Assembly: GCA_963827475.1 (NCBI GenBank)
Contig: CAWHAZ010000005.1
Span: forward strand, 832,001-896,000
Reading direction: 5' to 3'
DNA: 64,000 bases
DNA from: an uncultured Chloroflexia bacterium
GTDB lineage: Bacteria > Chloroflexota > Limnocylindria > QHBO01
The position numbers and the translations under genes are program-made. Positions 11,185 through 21,968 of this stretch are shown here, one piece after another; the first letter of the stretch is position 1; each line of letters starts with the position of its first letter. The notes below the pieces were generated by a model. That model made no database searches. It was not told the origin of the DNA and saw nothing but the letters and a program-made list of their open reading frames with translations.

Positions 11185-11756
11185 TCGGCTCCCTTCGCGG
11201 CCCGGTGAGCCACGTTGGCGTCGACCACGTGCTCATCGACATCGGTGGCGTGGGCTACCGCGTCGTCGTCTCGCCCGCGCTCCTCGGCACGCTGCGCATC
11301 GGCTCCGAAGCTACCCTCCTCGTCCATCACCTCGTCCGCGAGGACCAGCAGGCCCTCTTCGGCTTCGCCAAGCCGGAGGAGCTCGCCTTCTTCGAGCTGC
11401 TGATGACGGTCAACGGCGTCGGGCCGCGCCTCGCGCTGGCGATCACCAGCGCCCATCCGGTGACCCGTCTCCAGATGGCGATCGTGACCGATGACCTGGA
11501 CGTCCTGACATCGGTCAGCGGCGTAGGGCGGAAGACCGCCGAGCGGATCGTGCTCGAGCTGCGGGAGAAGATCCACGCCGCCGGGATCGCGGTCGGCCCC
11601 GGTGGCGCCGCGGACTCGGACGTGGTCGCCGCGCTCGAGTCGCTGGGCTACACCGCATCGGAGGCGCGCCGGGCCGCGGGGACGGTCGCGACCGTGGAGG
11701 GAGGTCTCGACGAGCGGATCCGGGCCGCGCTGCAGGAGCTGGCTCGCTCCCGATGA
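11181..11756 (+). CDS. ruvA: Holliday junction branch migration protein RuvA
   Basis: GGVGY, VREDQQALFGF, VNGVGPR, GVGRKTAERI, ALESLGY. Confidence 0.95.
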   Translation: MIGSLRGPVSHVGVDHVLIDIGGVGYRVVVSPALLGTLRIGSEATLLVHHLVREDQQALFGFAKPEELAFFELLMTVNGVGPRLALAITSAHPVTRLQMAIVTDDLDVLTSVSGVGRKTAERIVLELREKIHAAGIAVGPGGAADSDVVAALESLGYTASEARRAAGTVATVEGGLDERIRAALQELARSR

Positions 11757-12190
11757 CCCTCACCGAGCAGGAGACCATCGAGCGGGTCCTGCGCGAGACC
11801 GAGACCTGGGCGGTGGTTGGGTGCTCCTCGAACCCGGAGCGGCCGAGCCACGGCGTGGCCCGCACCCTCATGCGCAGCGGCTACCGCATGATCCCGGTCA
11901 ACCCGCGCGAGGCGGAGGTCCACGGCCAGCGCGCGTACGCCGACCTGTTCGAGGCCCAGGGCGACGCGGTCGCGGCCGGCCATCCGATCGAGGTGGTCGA
12001 CATCTTCCGCAACTCGGCCTACGCCGGGATCCACGTCGACGAGGCGGTCGAGATCGGGGCGAAGGCGGTCTGGATGCAGCTCGGGGTCATCGACGAGGAC
12101 GCGGCCGAGCGGGCGCGCGAGGCGGGCCTGTGGGTGGTGATGGACCGGTGCCCGGCGATCGAGCTACCCCGACTGGGTCCCACCGGCTGA
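11753..12190 (+). CDS. CoA-binding protein (YccU-like)
   Basis: AVVGCSSNPERPS, IPVNP, VVDIFR, VWMQLGV, VMDRC. Confidence 0.9.
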   Translation: MTLTEQETIERVLRETETWAVVGCSSNPERPSHGVARTLMRSGYRMIPVNPREAEVHGQRAYADLFEAQGDAVAAGHPIEVVDIFRNSAYAGIHVDEAVEIGAKAVWMQLGVIDEDAAERAREAGLWVVMDRCPAIELPRLGPTG

Positions 12191-12199
12191 GGTCTGAAA

Positions 12200-14941
12200 T
12201 TGGACCCGACGATCGTGGACGTTGCCGAACAGAAGCGCTTGAGCGAAGCGCGCGAAGCGCAGGTCCCCTGGAAGAAGTGGGGACCCTACCTCAGCGAGCG
12301 CCAGTGGGGCACGGTTCGCGAGGACTACAGCGACGATGGCAGCGCGTGGGACTACTTTCCGCATGATCAGGCCCGCTCCCGGGCGTACCGCTGGGGTGAG
12401 GACGGACTCGGGGGACTGTGCGATGACCACCAACAGTTGTGCTTTGCACTGGCGCTGTGGAACGAGCGCGACCCGTTCTTGAAGGAGCGCCTCTTCGGAC
12501 TCACCAATGGCCAAGGGAACCATGGCGAGGACGTGAAGGAGTATTACTTCTACCTCGACAGCACGCCCACCCACTCGTACATGAAGTACCTCTACAAATA
12601 CCCACAGCGCGCGTATCCCTACCAGGATCTGCTGGACACCAACCGGAGTCGAACCCGGGACGAAGCGGAATACGAGCTCTTGGATACCGGAGCCTTCGAC
12701 GACAACCGGTACTTCGACGTTTTCGTCGAGTACGCCAAGGCCGCCCCGGAAGACATCCTCGTCCGCGTCACCGTGCACAACCGCGGCCCGGCATCGGCCC
12801 GCATCCGCGTGTTGCCAACACTTTGGTTCCGGAACACGTGGTCGTGGGACCGGGACGAGCCAAAGCCTTCACTTCGCGAGGTGGAGCCCGGGGTCATAAA
12901 GGCCACGCATAGCGAGTTGGGCGAGATGTGGCTCATGTGCGACGGATCTCCGGACGTCCTCTTCACCGAGAATGAGAGCAATGCGGCGCGGCTGTGGGCC
13001 CAGGACAATGCCACCCCGTACGTCAAGGACGCCTTCCACGACTACGTGATCGAGGGTCGCGGAGATGCGGTCAATCCGGCCGGAGAAGGAACGAAAACCG
13101 CCGCCCATTACGCGCTGGACGTGCCCGCAGGCGGGAGCCAGACCGTGCGCCTCCGTCTGGCGACATCCCGCCCTACCGACGTCTTTGGCGGCCTTGAGGA
13201 GATATTCACCAACCGAATCGCAGAAGCGGACGAGTTCTACGAGCGGATCTCACCTGCCTCCCTGACCATCGACGAGCGTTTGGTGCACCGCCAGGCGCTG
13301 GCGGGCATGCTCTGGTCCAAGCAGTACTACTACTTTGACGTGGATCGCTGGCTCCAGGACCACGGGAGCCACCCGGTCATGGAATCGGCTCGGCCAGGTG
13401 TCCGCAACACGGATTGGTTTCACATGCTGAACGCGGACGTCATCTCGATGCCGGACAAGTGGGAGTACCCATGGTATGCGGCCTGGGACCTCGCATTCCA
13501 CACCCTCTCCCTGGCGCTCGTCGACTTCGATTTCGCCAAGGAGCAGCTCCTGCTCATGCTCCGCAGTTTGTATGCCCATCCGAATGGGCAGATACCCGCG
13601 TATGAGTGGAACTTCGGGGATGTGAACCCGCCCGTGCACGCCTGGGCCACGCTCTCGCTGTACAAGACCGAGCGCACCCTCGGCCGCGCAGACATCCAGT
13701 TCCTCCAACGGGCGTTCCAGGGTCTGATGTTGAACTTCAACTGGTGGGTCAATCGCAAGGACCCCGACGGGCGCAATGTCTTTGCCGGTGGGTTTCTTGG
13801 ACTCGACAACGTCGGGGTCTTCGATCGCAGCGCCCCGCTTCCGACGGGCGGCACCCTGGAGCAGGCGGACGGGACCGCGTGGATGGCCTTCTACTGCCAG
13901 AACATGCTCGAGATCGCGCTGATCCTGTCTGCACATGATCCGATGTACGAGGAAGTCGCCTACCGTTTTGCCGAGCATTTCATCTGGATTTCATACGCGA
14001 TGGACCGCATCGGCGATCACCAGAACGAGATGTGGGACGAGGAGGACGGGTTCTTCTATGACCTGCTGCGGCTTCCCGACGGGCAGGCCCAGCGGTTGAA
14101 GGTGCGATCGATGGTTGGGCTACTACCCCTCTGCGCGTCTACCGTCTTCGAAGGCGACGCCGTGGACCGATACCCAAAGCTCATGGAGCTGATCGCCCTG
14201 TTCCGAAAACGCCATCCGAACGTGCTGTCCTACGTGGCTCCGACCAGCGAGGGCTTCGTCGGCTACAAGGGACGGCGTCTGCTGTCGCTCCTCGACAAGC
14301 AGAAGCTCGAGCGCGTACTCGCCTACATGCTCGACGAGAACGAGTTTCTTGGTCCGTACGGCATTCGGTCCCTGTCTCGGTACCACCTGGATCACCCCTT
14401 CGTGTTTCCGGTGGGTGATCAGCAGTTCAAGGTCCAGTACCTGCCGGGCGAATCGGATACGGGGATGTTCGGCGGCAACTCCAACTGGCGTGGCCCGATC
14501 TGGATGCCACTGAACGCGCTGCTGCTCCGCGCGCTGTTGAACCTGTACAGCTTCTACGGCGACGACTTCAAGGTCGAATGCCCCACTGGATCGGGGCGGT
14601 ACATGACGCTCTTTGAGGTCGCCCAGGAGATCACGCGCCGGCTGGCGAGCATCTTCCTGCGCGCCCCCTCCGCCAGTTCCGGCGAGGAGGGTCGGCGCCC
14701 GGTCTATGGTCAGGCCGAAACGTTCCAGCAGGATCCCAAATGGCGCGACCTGATCCTCTTCTACGAGTTCTTCAACGGCGAGACTGGGGAAGGTCTGGGC
14801 GCGAGCCACCAGACGGGTTGGACCGGGCTGATCGCTCGGATGCTCGACACCTTCGGCCGAGTCGACGCCAAGGATCTGGAGCTGGAGCTCGGGCAGTTGT
14901 CGTCCCGCTTGGTGATGGAGCAGGTGGGCAGAGAACGCTGA
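12200..14941 (+). CDS. GH63/MGH1-like glycoside hydrolase
   Basis: WGPYLSERQWGTVREDYS, SMPDKWEYPWYAAWDLAFH, GGNSNWRGPIW, GLGASHQTGWT. Confidence 0.88.
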   Translation: MDPTIVDVAEQKRLSEAREAQVPWKKWGPYLSERQWGTVREDYSDDGSAWDYFPHDQARSRAYRWGEDGLGGLCDDHQQLCFALALWNERDPFLKERLFGLTNGQGNHGEDVKEYYFYLDSTPTHSYMKYLYKYPQRAYPYQDLLDTNRSRTRDEAEYELLDTGAFDDNRYFDVFVEYAKAAPEDILVRVTVHNRGPASARIRVLPTLWFRNTWSWDRDEPKPSLREVEPGVIKATHSELGEMWLMCDGSPDVLFTENESNAARLWAQDNATPYVKDAFHDYVIEGRGDAVNPAGEGTKTAAHYALDVPAGGSQTVRLRLATSRPTDVFGGLEEIFTNRIAEADEFYERISPASLTIDERLVHRQALAGMLWSKQYYYFDVDRWLQDHGSHPVMESARPGVRNTDWFHMLNADVISMPDKWEYPWYAAWDLAFHTLSLALVDFDFAKEQLLLMLRSLYAHPNGQIPAYEWNFGDVNPPVHAWATLSLYKTERTLGRADIQFLQRAFQGLMLNFNWWVNRKDPDGRNVFAGGFLGLDNVGVFDRSAPLPTGGTLEQADGTAWMAFYCQNMLEIALILSAHDPMYEEVAYRFAEHFIWISYAMDRIGDHQNEMWDEEDGFFYDLLRLPDGQAQRLKVRSMVGLLPLCASTVFEGDAVDRYPKLMELIALFRKRHPNVLSYVAPTSEGFVGYKGRRLLSLLDKQKLERVLAYMLDENEFLGPYGIRSLSRYHLDHPFVFPVGDQQFKVQYLPGESDTGMFGGNSNWRGPIWMPLNALLLRALLNLYSFYGDDFKVECPTGSGRYMTLFEVAQEITRRLASIFLRAPSASSGEEGRRPVYGQAETFQQDPKWRDLILFYEFFNGETGEGLGASHQTGWTGLIARMLDTFGRVDAKDLELELGQLSSRLVMEQVGRER

Positions 14942-14963
14942 GGACCGGCTTCCCCGTCGGCCC

Positions 14964-15905
14964 TCAGCCTCGGCGCATGACGAGGCCGATCCGACCAATC
15001 GGCGGGCGGGGATCGGCGTAGGTCTTCACCTTCGGGTCGTCCGGACTGGTCTCGCCCGGGTCCCAGGTCCGGTTCTGCGACTCGAAGCTCACCTCCGCCA
15101 GCTGCGGCCAGCGCTCGAGGATGCGTCCGCCGATCTCGTGGACGAGGTGCTGGATCGACAGGCTCACGAACTCATGGAAGACCGATGCGGCCACGTCGGC
15201 GACCTGGTCGCCGGCGACGTATCGGCCGGGATCGATCCCCAGGGCGTCGGCGGCATCTGCGTACCGCCAGCCGATGTCCATCCAGGTGAACAGGGCGCGA
15301 TCCGGCCGCTCGGGGAGGGTCGTGTGCTCGTCGCGGGCGAAGTCGGCGAACGACGAGCCGGTGATCTTGATCAGCTGGAGGTCCTCACGCCCGCAGGCGA
15401 GATCGGTCAGCCGGACCGAACCGTCATCGGTCAGCTCCAGGTCCAGGCGGGCCGTGGACCGGTCGTTGCGGTCCCGGGCGAAGAGCACCTCGGACCCGAC
15501 GAACCCGTCGCCGTCCTCGGCCGGGACCGTCGACGCGGGGAACGGGAGCTCACGGCCGAGCATCGTGATCTGCTCCATGTGGGGATAGGTGTCCAGGAAC
15601 GCCCGACCGACGTGGTCGAGCCAGCCCTCGAGGGTGGGGGAGGGGTTCGACGCCGACGCGGCGTGGATGAAGTTCTTCATCGTGTCGGTCGCCACCACCC
15701 GGCGGTTGTCGCCCTCGGTGTACGACTCGAGGAAGCCCTGGCCGCGGACCTGGATCTCGACCTCGGCCGCCATCAGGATGTTGTCGCGGCCGGTGAACGG
15801 CGACTCGGGGACGGGCGTCACCCCGGTCAGCGGCGTCCCGTGGGTGCGGTACACGTTGACCTCCGCCTTGCCGTAACGGATCTCGTAGCTGGTCGCGTCC
15901 GTCAT
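14964..15905 (-). CDS. pucL: Urate oxidase (uricase)
   Basis: YGKAEV and VATDTMKNF uricase motifs, KITGSSF, SIQHL. ATG at 15905 overlaps the OHCU decarboxylase stop. Confidence 0.9.
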   Translation of the reverse strand: MTDATSYEIRYGKAEVNVYRTHGTPLTGVTPVPESPFTGRDNILMAAEVEIQVRGQGFLESYTEGDNRRVVATDTMKNFIHAASASNPSPTLEGWLDHVGRAFLDTYPHMEQITMLGRELPFPASTVPAEDGDGFVGSEVLFARDRNDRSTARLDLELTDDGSVRLTDLACGREDLQLIKITGSSFADFARDEHTTLPERPDRALFTWMDIGWRYADAADALGIDPGRYVAGDQVADVAASVFHEFVSLSIQHLVHEIGGRILERWPQLAEVSFESQNRTWDPGETSPDDPKVKTYADPRPPIGRIGLVMRRG

Positions 15906-16423
15906 ACGGCACCTCCCGGCATGCTGCGCAGGTAGTGGAGCCGGTTGGCGGCGATGGCGAGCGAGTCGTCCAGGGCCCGTCGCAGCTCGTCCGCCCGATC
16001 GCGGCCGAGTGCGGCCTCGAACTCGGGAATGAGCTCGTCCCGAGACCGGCCGGCCACGTACACCAGGTAGCGGAAGCCGAACCGCTCCTCGTAGGCGGCG
16101 TTCAGCTTGGCCAGCCGGCGATCCACGTCGTCCGCGGCCGTTCCCTGCTCGCGGCGCGACGCGTCCGACAGGCTGCTGCGGGCTCCCAGGCGCGGATGGG
16201 CGTTCAGGAGCTCGACCTGGTCCGGCTCCGCCATGCGATGGGCGACACGGGACGCGGCCTTCAGCAGATCCTCGTCGGAGGCGAAGGGCCGGGCCGCCGC
16301 CAGCCACGCCCCGAAGCGGGGAGCCCGCTCGAAGAGCATGGCGATCGCCTCCAGGAACGACGGCACCGACACCTCGTTCAGCTCTCCGACGGTCGGGAAT
16401 GGGGCCGTTCGGGCCTCGGCCAT
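15902..16423 (-). CDS. uraD: OHCU decarboxylase
   Basis: LFE, RPF, LNAHPRLG, SRREQ, LNAAYEERFGF, IAANRL. Confidence 0.9.
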   Translation of the reverse strand: MAEARTAPFPTVGELNEVSVPSFLEAIAMLFERAPRFGAWLAAARPFASDEDLLKAASRVAHRMAEPDQVELLNAHPRLGARSSLSDASRREQGTAADDVDRRLAKLNAAYEERFGFRYLVYVAGRSRDELIPEFEAALGRDRADELRRALDDSLAIAANRLHYLRSMPGGAV

Positions 16424-16429
16424 CAGCGA

Positions 16430-16795
16430 TCAGCTGCCCCGGTACACGGTGGCCCCGTACGGAGCCAGGAGCAGCGGGACGTGGTAGCTCCGCTTCGCAT
16501 CGGTCACCCGGAGGGCCACCGCCAAACCCTGGAGGAATGCCTCGTCGTCGTCGCGGTAGTCGGCGAAGTCGAACAGGAGCTGGTAGTCGCCCGCGGTCAG
16601 CTCGCCGCCCACCAGGTCGGCAATCCGCCCGTCGGAATCGGTCTCGCCCTCGTTGAGGACCTCGAACTCGTCATCGCCACCCCGTCGGAACAGGACCACG
16701 CCGATGCCGGCCGCGGGCGTCCCGGACTCGACGTCGAGGACGTGGGTGGAGATGGTCGGGCGCTTCGGATCGGCCTTCGCTTGGCGGGCGGCCAC
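16430..16795 (-). CDS. uraH: 5-hydroxyisourate hydrolase
   Basis: ISTHVLD, TDSDGR, YHVPLLLAPYG and terminal YRGS. GTG start at 16795 follows GGAGG. Confidence 0.93.
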   Translation of the reverse strand: MAARQAKADPKRPTISTHVLDVESGTPAAGIGVVLFRRGGDDEFEVLNEGETDSDGRIADLVGGELTAGDYQLLFDFADYRDDDEAFLQGLAVALRVTDAKRSYHVPLLLAPYGATVYRGS

Positions 16796-16875
16796 GGCGT
16801 CCTCCTGTCCGGTGTCGCTCGGCCTCGGGCGATATCCTTGGTCGGCAGCCGAACGCAGCAAGGGGAGCATGCCAC

Positions 16876-17253
16876 ATGACCAGTCCCGATCGGTTCATGG
16901 TCCAGCGGATGGGTGCCGAGGACGGGCCGTACTCCGCAGCGGACCTCCAGGCGCAGGTCCTTGCCGGATCGGTCAAGAGCGACACGATGCTCCGCCGAGC
17001 CGACGTGGAGGGGAGCTGGTTCCGGGCGGCGGAGGTGCCCGGCCTGTTCTCGGAGAAGGAATGGATCGTCGCGCTCCTCCTCTCGGCATTCCTCGGCACG
17101 TTTGGCATCGACCGCTTCTACCTCGGCTACACCGGCCTCGGCATCCTGAAACTGATCACCCTCGGCCTGTGCGGGATCTGGTGGATCATCGACCTGGTGC
17201 TGATCGCGGTCGGGAACATGAAGGACTCGAAGGGCCTCACCCTGCGCCGATGA
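16876..17253 (+). CDS. TM2-domain protein with N-terminal GYF_2-like domain
   Basis: GPYSxxDL...W.xA in the N-terminal part; LGTFGIDRFYLG...GIWWIIDL TM2 signature. Confidence 0.85.
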   Translation: MTSPDRFMVQRMGAEDGPYSAADLQAQVLAGSVKSDTMLRRADVEGSWFRAAEVPGLFSEKEWIVALLLSAFLGTFGIDRFYLGYTGLGILKLITLGLCGIWWIIDLVLIAVGNMKDSKGLTLRR

Positions 17254-17621
17254 GGGATCTCGCGATCCTTCGGCGCCTCGCCGCCGCGGCGCTTCTCGCG
17301 TCGGTCGCGATCCCGTCCGAGGTCGTGGAGGGTGGACCGGCGCTCTGCCCGTTCCGGGCCGCGACCGGCCTGCCCTGCCCCTCCTGCGGCATGAGCCGGT
17401 CCTGGAGCGCCATGGGTCACGGTCGCCTCCGTGATGCGTCCACCTTCCACCTGATGGGACCGATCACCTTCGTGGCGGCCGCAGGCCTGGTCGTCGCTGG
17501 AGACGAGCGCGTGTCGCGGGCCATCGAAGGTCGGCCCTCGTCGCGTCCCCTGATCGGCGCGCTGGCGACCGCATGGGTCGGGGCGTGGCTCTGGCGCCTG
17601 GCGCGAGACACCCGTGCCTGA
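17250..17621 (+). CDS. DUF2752 family membrane protein
   Basis: [20 protein letters not shown] motif; ATGA overlap with the TM2 gene. Confidence 0.85.
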   Translation: MRDLAILRRLAAAALLASVAIPSEVVEGGPALCPFRAATGLPCPSCGMSRSWSAMGHGRLRDASTFHLMGPITFVAAAGLVVAGDERVSRAIEGRPSSRPLIGALATAWVGAWLWRLARDTRA

Positions 17622-18030
17622 CCTGAAGATCACGGTCGGCGATCTGGTGTTCGCCGCCCGCTGGGAGGACGCGGCCCCGAAGACCCGCGCCGCACTGGGC
17701 CCGTGGCTCCCGATCCGGTCGCAGCTGATCCACTGCCGGTGGAGCGGGGAGGGAACCTGGATCCCGTTCGGCGACCAGCGGCCGGACGTCGGGTACGAGA
17801 ACCACACCTCGCACCCGGCACCCGGGCAGCTGCTGATCTACACCGGCGACCTGTCCGAGTGCGAGATCCTCTTCCCCTACGGGGCGTGCGCCTTCTCGAG
17901 CAAGCTCGGTCAGCTGGCCGGCAACCACTTCGCCACGGTGGTGACCGGCAGCGAGCAGCTCCGGGAGCTCGGCCGTCGCGTCCTGTGGGAAGGCGCCCAG
18001 GACATCGAGATCACCGAAGGGACCGATTGA
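17614..18030 (+). CDS. DUF3830 family protein
   Basis: [44 protein letters not shown]. Confidence 0.8.
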   Translation: MPDLKITVGDLVFAARWEDAAPKTRAALGPWLPIRSQLIHCRWSGEGTWIPFGDQRPDVGYENHTSHPAPGQLLIYTGDLSECEILFPYGACAFSSKLGQLAGNHFATVVTGSEQLRELGRRVLWEGAQDIEITEGTD

Positions 18031-19417
18031 CCGACCTGGTCGTCACCGGCGGCACGGTCGTCACCGCCCAGCGGTCGTTCGACGCCGACGTGGCGGTGAC
18101 GGATGGACGGATCAGTGCGGTCGGCCCGGATCTGGCGCGCGAACCGGGGATCGAGGTGCTGGATGCCACCGGCCTCCTCGTCCTTCCCGGGTGCGTGGAC
18201 GTCCATACCCACACCCGGCTGCCGACCGAAGACGAGCCGGATCGGTTCTTCCAGGACAGCGTCGCCGCCGCGTTCGGTGGCACGACGACGTTCCTCGCCT
18301 TCAACAACCCCGGCACGGGCATCTCGGAGGAGGGATCGCGGTCGCTCCTGGCCGGCCTGCGCGAGTTCGGGGCGAGGACCGAAGGGGAGTCGGCGGTCGA
18401 CTTCGGCCTGAGCGCGGTGATCACCGGCCAGCAGCCGGATCCCGCAGGCCGAGCTTCCCGAGCTCATCGCCTCAGGCGTTCCGACCGCCAAGGCATTCAT
18501 GGTCTTCGACTTCCGCCTGACCGATGACCGGCTGTTCGCCGCCCTCCAGGCCATGGGCCGCCATGGCGGCATGCTCCAGGTCCACTGCGAGAACGCGACG
18601 ATCATCGACGCCCTGACGGCCGAGGCCCTCGCCCGCGGCAACGTCGCCTGTCGCTACCACGCGTTGACCCGCCCCACCTACGCCGAGGCGGAGGCCACCC
18701 ACCGTGCCATCGCCCTGGCCGAGGCCGCGGACGCATCGGTCTACATCGTCCATCTCTCCTGCGCCGACGCTCTCGCCGAGGTCGCCACCGCCAAGGCGCG
18801 GGGATTGCCGGTGTACGCGGAAACGTGCCCGCATTACCTGACCCTGACCGAGGACCGATACGCCCCGGCCGACGAGGCCGAGGTGATCAAGTCGGTCATC
18901 TCGCCGCCCCTCCGCCCGGAGGCGGATCGCCAGGCCCTGTGGCTCGGCCTGGCGCGCGGCGGGCTCGACCTGGTCGGCAGCGACCACGTCCCGGACCGCC
19001 TGGCGGTCGAAAAGCGCGTGCCGGCCCCGCCGTTCCCGCAGATCTCAAACGGCGCGCCGGGGATCGAGACCCTGCTCTCGGTCGTCTACGCGGAGGGCGT
19101 GGGCAGGGGCCGGATCACCGTCGAGCGGATGGTCGACCTGCTGTCGACCGCGCCGGCGCGCCTGTTCGGACTGCCGACGAAGGGCGCGATCGAGGTCGGG
19201 CGCGACGCGGACCTCGTCCTGTTCGATCCCGTCGCGGATCGGACCATCCGTCAGGTCGATCTGCACCACACCAGCGACTTCACGCCGTTCGAGGGCCTTG
19301 CGGTTCCGGGCAGCGTCCGATCGGTCCTCGTCCGCGGCCGGCGCGTCGTCGAAGCAGGAGCGTTCGTCGGAGAGCGCCGCCACGGCCGGTTCGTGGAGCG
19401 GTCGCTGGGGATCACCG

Positions 19418-21008
<1,591 letters not shown>

Positions 21009-21037
21009 GGGCGCAGCCTACGCCAGCGCCGGGCCGC

Positions 21038-21643
21038 TCATCGGTCCTCGCCGGGCCGGCGAAGGGCCTTGGGCCGGCGGCCGGCGGCGGATTCCTCGAT
21101 CAGGGTCGCCAGCCTTCGGGCGCGGGTTGCCTCTTGCTTGGCAGACAAGATCCAGAACGCGGCTCCCTTGCGGTAGCTGGCCCGCTGGGCTTCCCAGTAC
21201 GCCCAGGCGGCGGGGTTCGCCTGGATCCGTGCCTCGAGCTCGGGTGGCATCTGCTGACGCAGCGGGTGGTCCCGCATGTACGGCGCGTCCTTCGATCGAT
21301 CGCGCTCCTCGAAGGCCCTGAGTCCGGTCGGGTGCATGCGGCCGGCAGACTTCAGCTCGGCCACCTTGGCGATGTTCGGCGCGCTCCAGCTGCTGCCCTT
21401 CCGACGAGGCGTGTAGCGGTTGGCATGGACCTCGTCGTCGATCCGGTAGGTGAGCCCATCGATCCAGCCGAAGCACAGGGCCTCCTCGACGGCCTGCGGA
21501 TAGGTCATCGCGGCCTTGCCCGTGCTCTTGCGGTAGTACCCGACCCACAACTGATCGACGGTTTCGTGGTTCTCTTCCAGCCAGGCCCGGAACGCGGCTG
21601 TCGTCGGGAAGACCGTCACCTCGTCGCGCGTCGGCCTGCGCAT
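21038..21643 (-). CDS. YdeI/OmpD-associated family protein
   Basis: FRAWLEENH, EALCFGWIDG, YTPRRKGSSWS, AKQEATRARR. Confidence 0.88.
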   Translation of the reverse strand: MRRPTRDEVTVFPTTAAFRAWLEENHETVDQLWVGYYRKSTGKAAMTYPQAVEEALCFGWIDGLTYRIDDEVHANRYTPRRKGSSWSAPNIAKVAELKSAGRMHPTGLRAFEERDRSKDAPYMRDHPLRQQMPPELEARIQANPAAWAYWEAQRASYRKGAAFWILSAKQEATRARRLATLIEESAAGRRPKALRRPGEDR

Positions 21644-21716
21644 CGGTCAGGCGCGTCGTACCATACGCCGCCGCAATCCTCGCGGACCGCAGGTGCCTAG
21701 TGGAGAGAAGCCGTCC

Positions 21717-21968
21717 ATGCCGCTCTATCTTGACACCCACAACCACGTTCCCGGCCTGACCGGGGAGGCGGTCGCGCAGGCGCACGCCCGCGACGTCGAG
21801 GTCCAGGGCAAGTACGGCGTGTCGTACCTGCGCTACTGGTATGACGAGGCGACGGGGAAGGTCTACTGCCTGGTCGAGGCGCCGAGCCCGCAGGCGGCCG
21901 AGGACGTGCATCGTGAGGCCCACGGGCTGCTGGCGGACATCATCCAGGAGGTCACCGAGGGGGCCTAG
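21717..21968 (+). CDS. DUF4242 (SCO4226-like) small protein
   Basis: MPLYLDTH, AHARDVEVQ, YWYDE, YCLVEAPS, VHREAHG. Confidence 0.85.
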   Translation: MPLYLDTHNHVPGLTGEAVAQAHARDVEVQGKYGVSYLRYWYDEATGKVYCLVEAPSPQAAEDVHREAHGLLADIIQEVTEGA

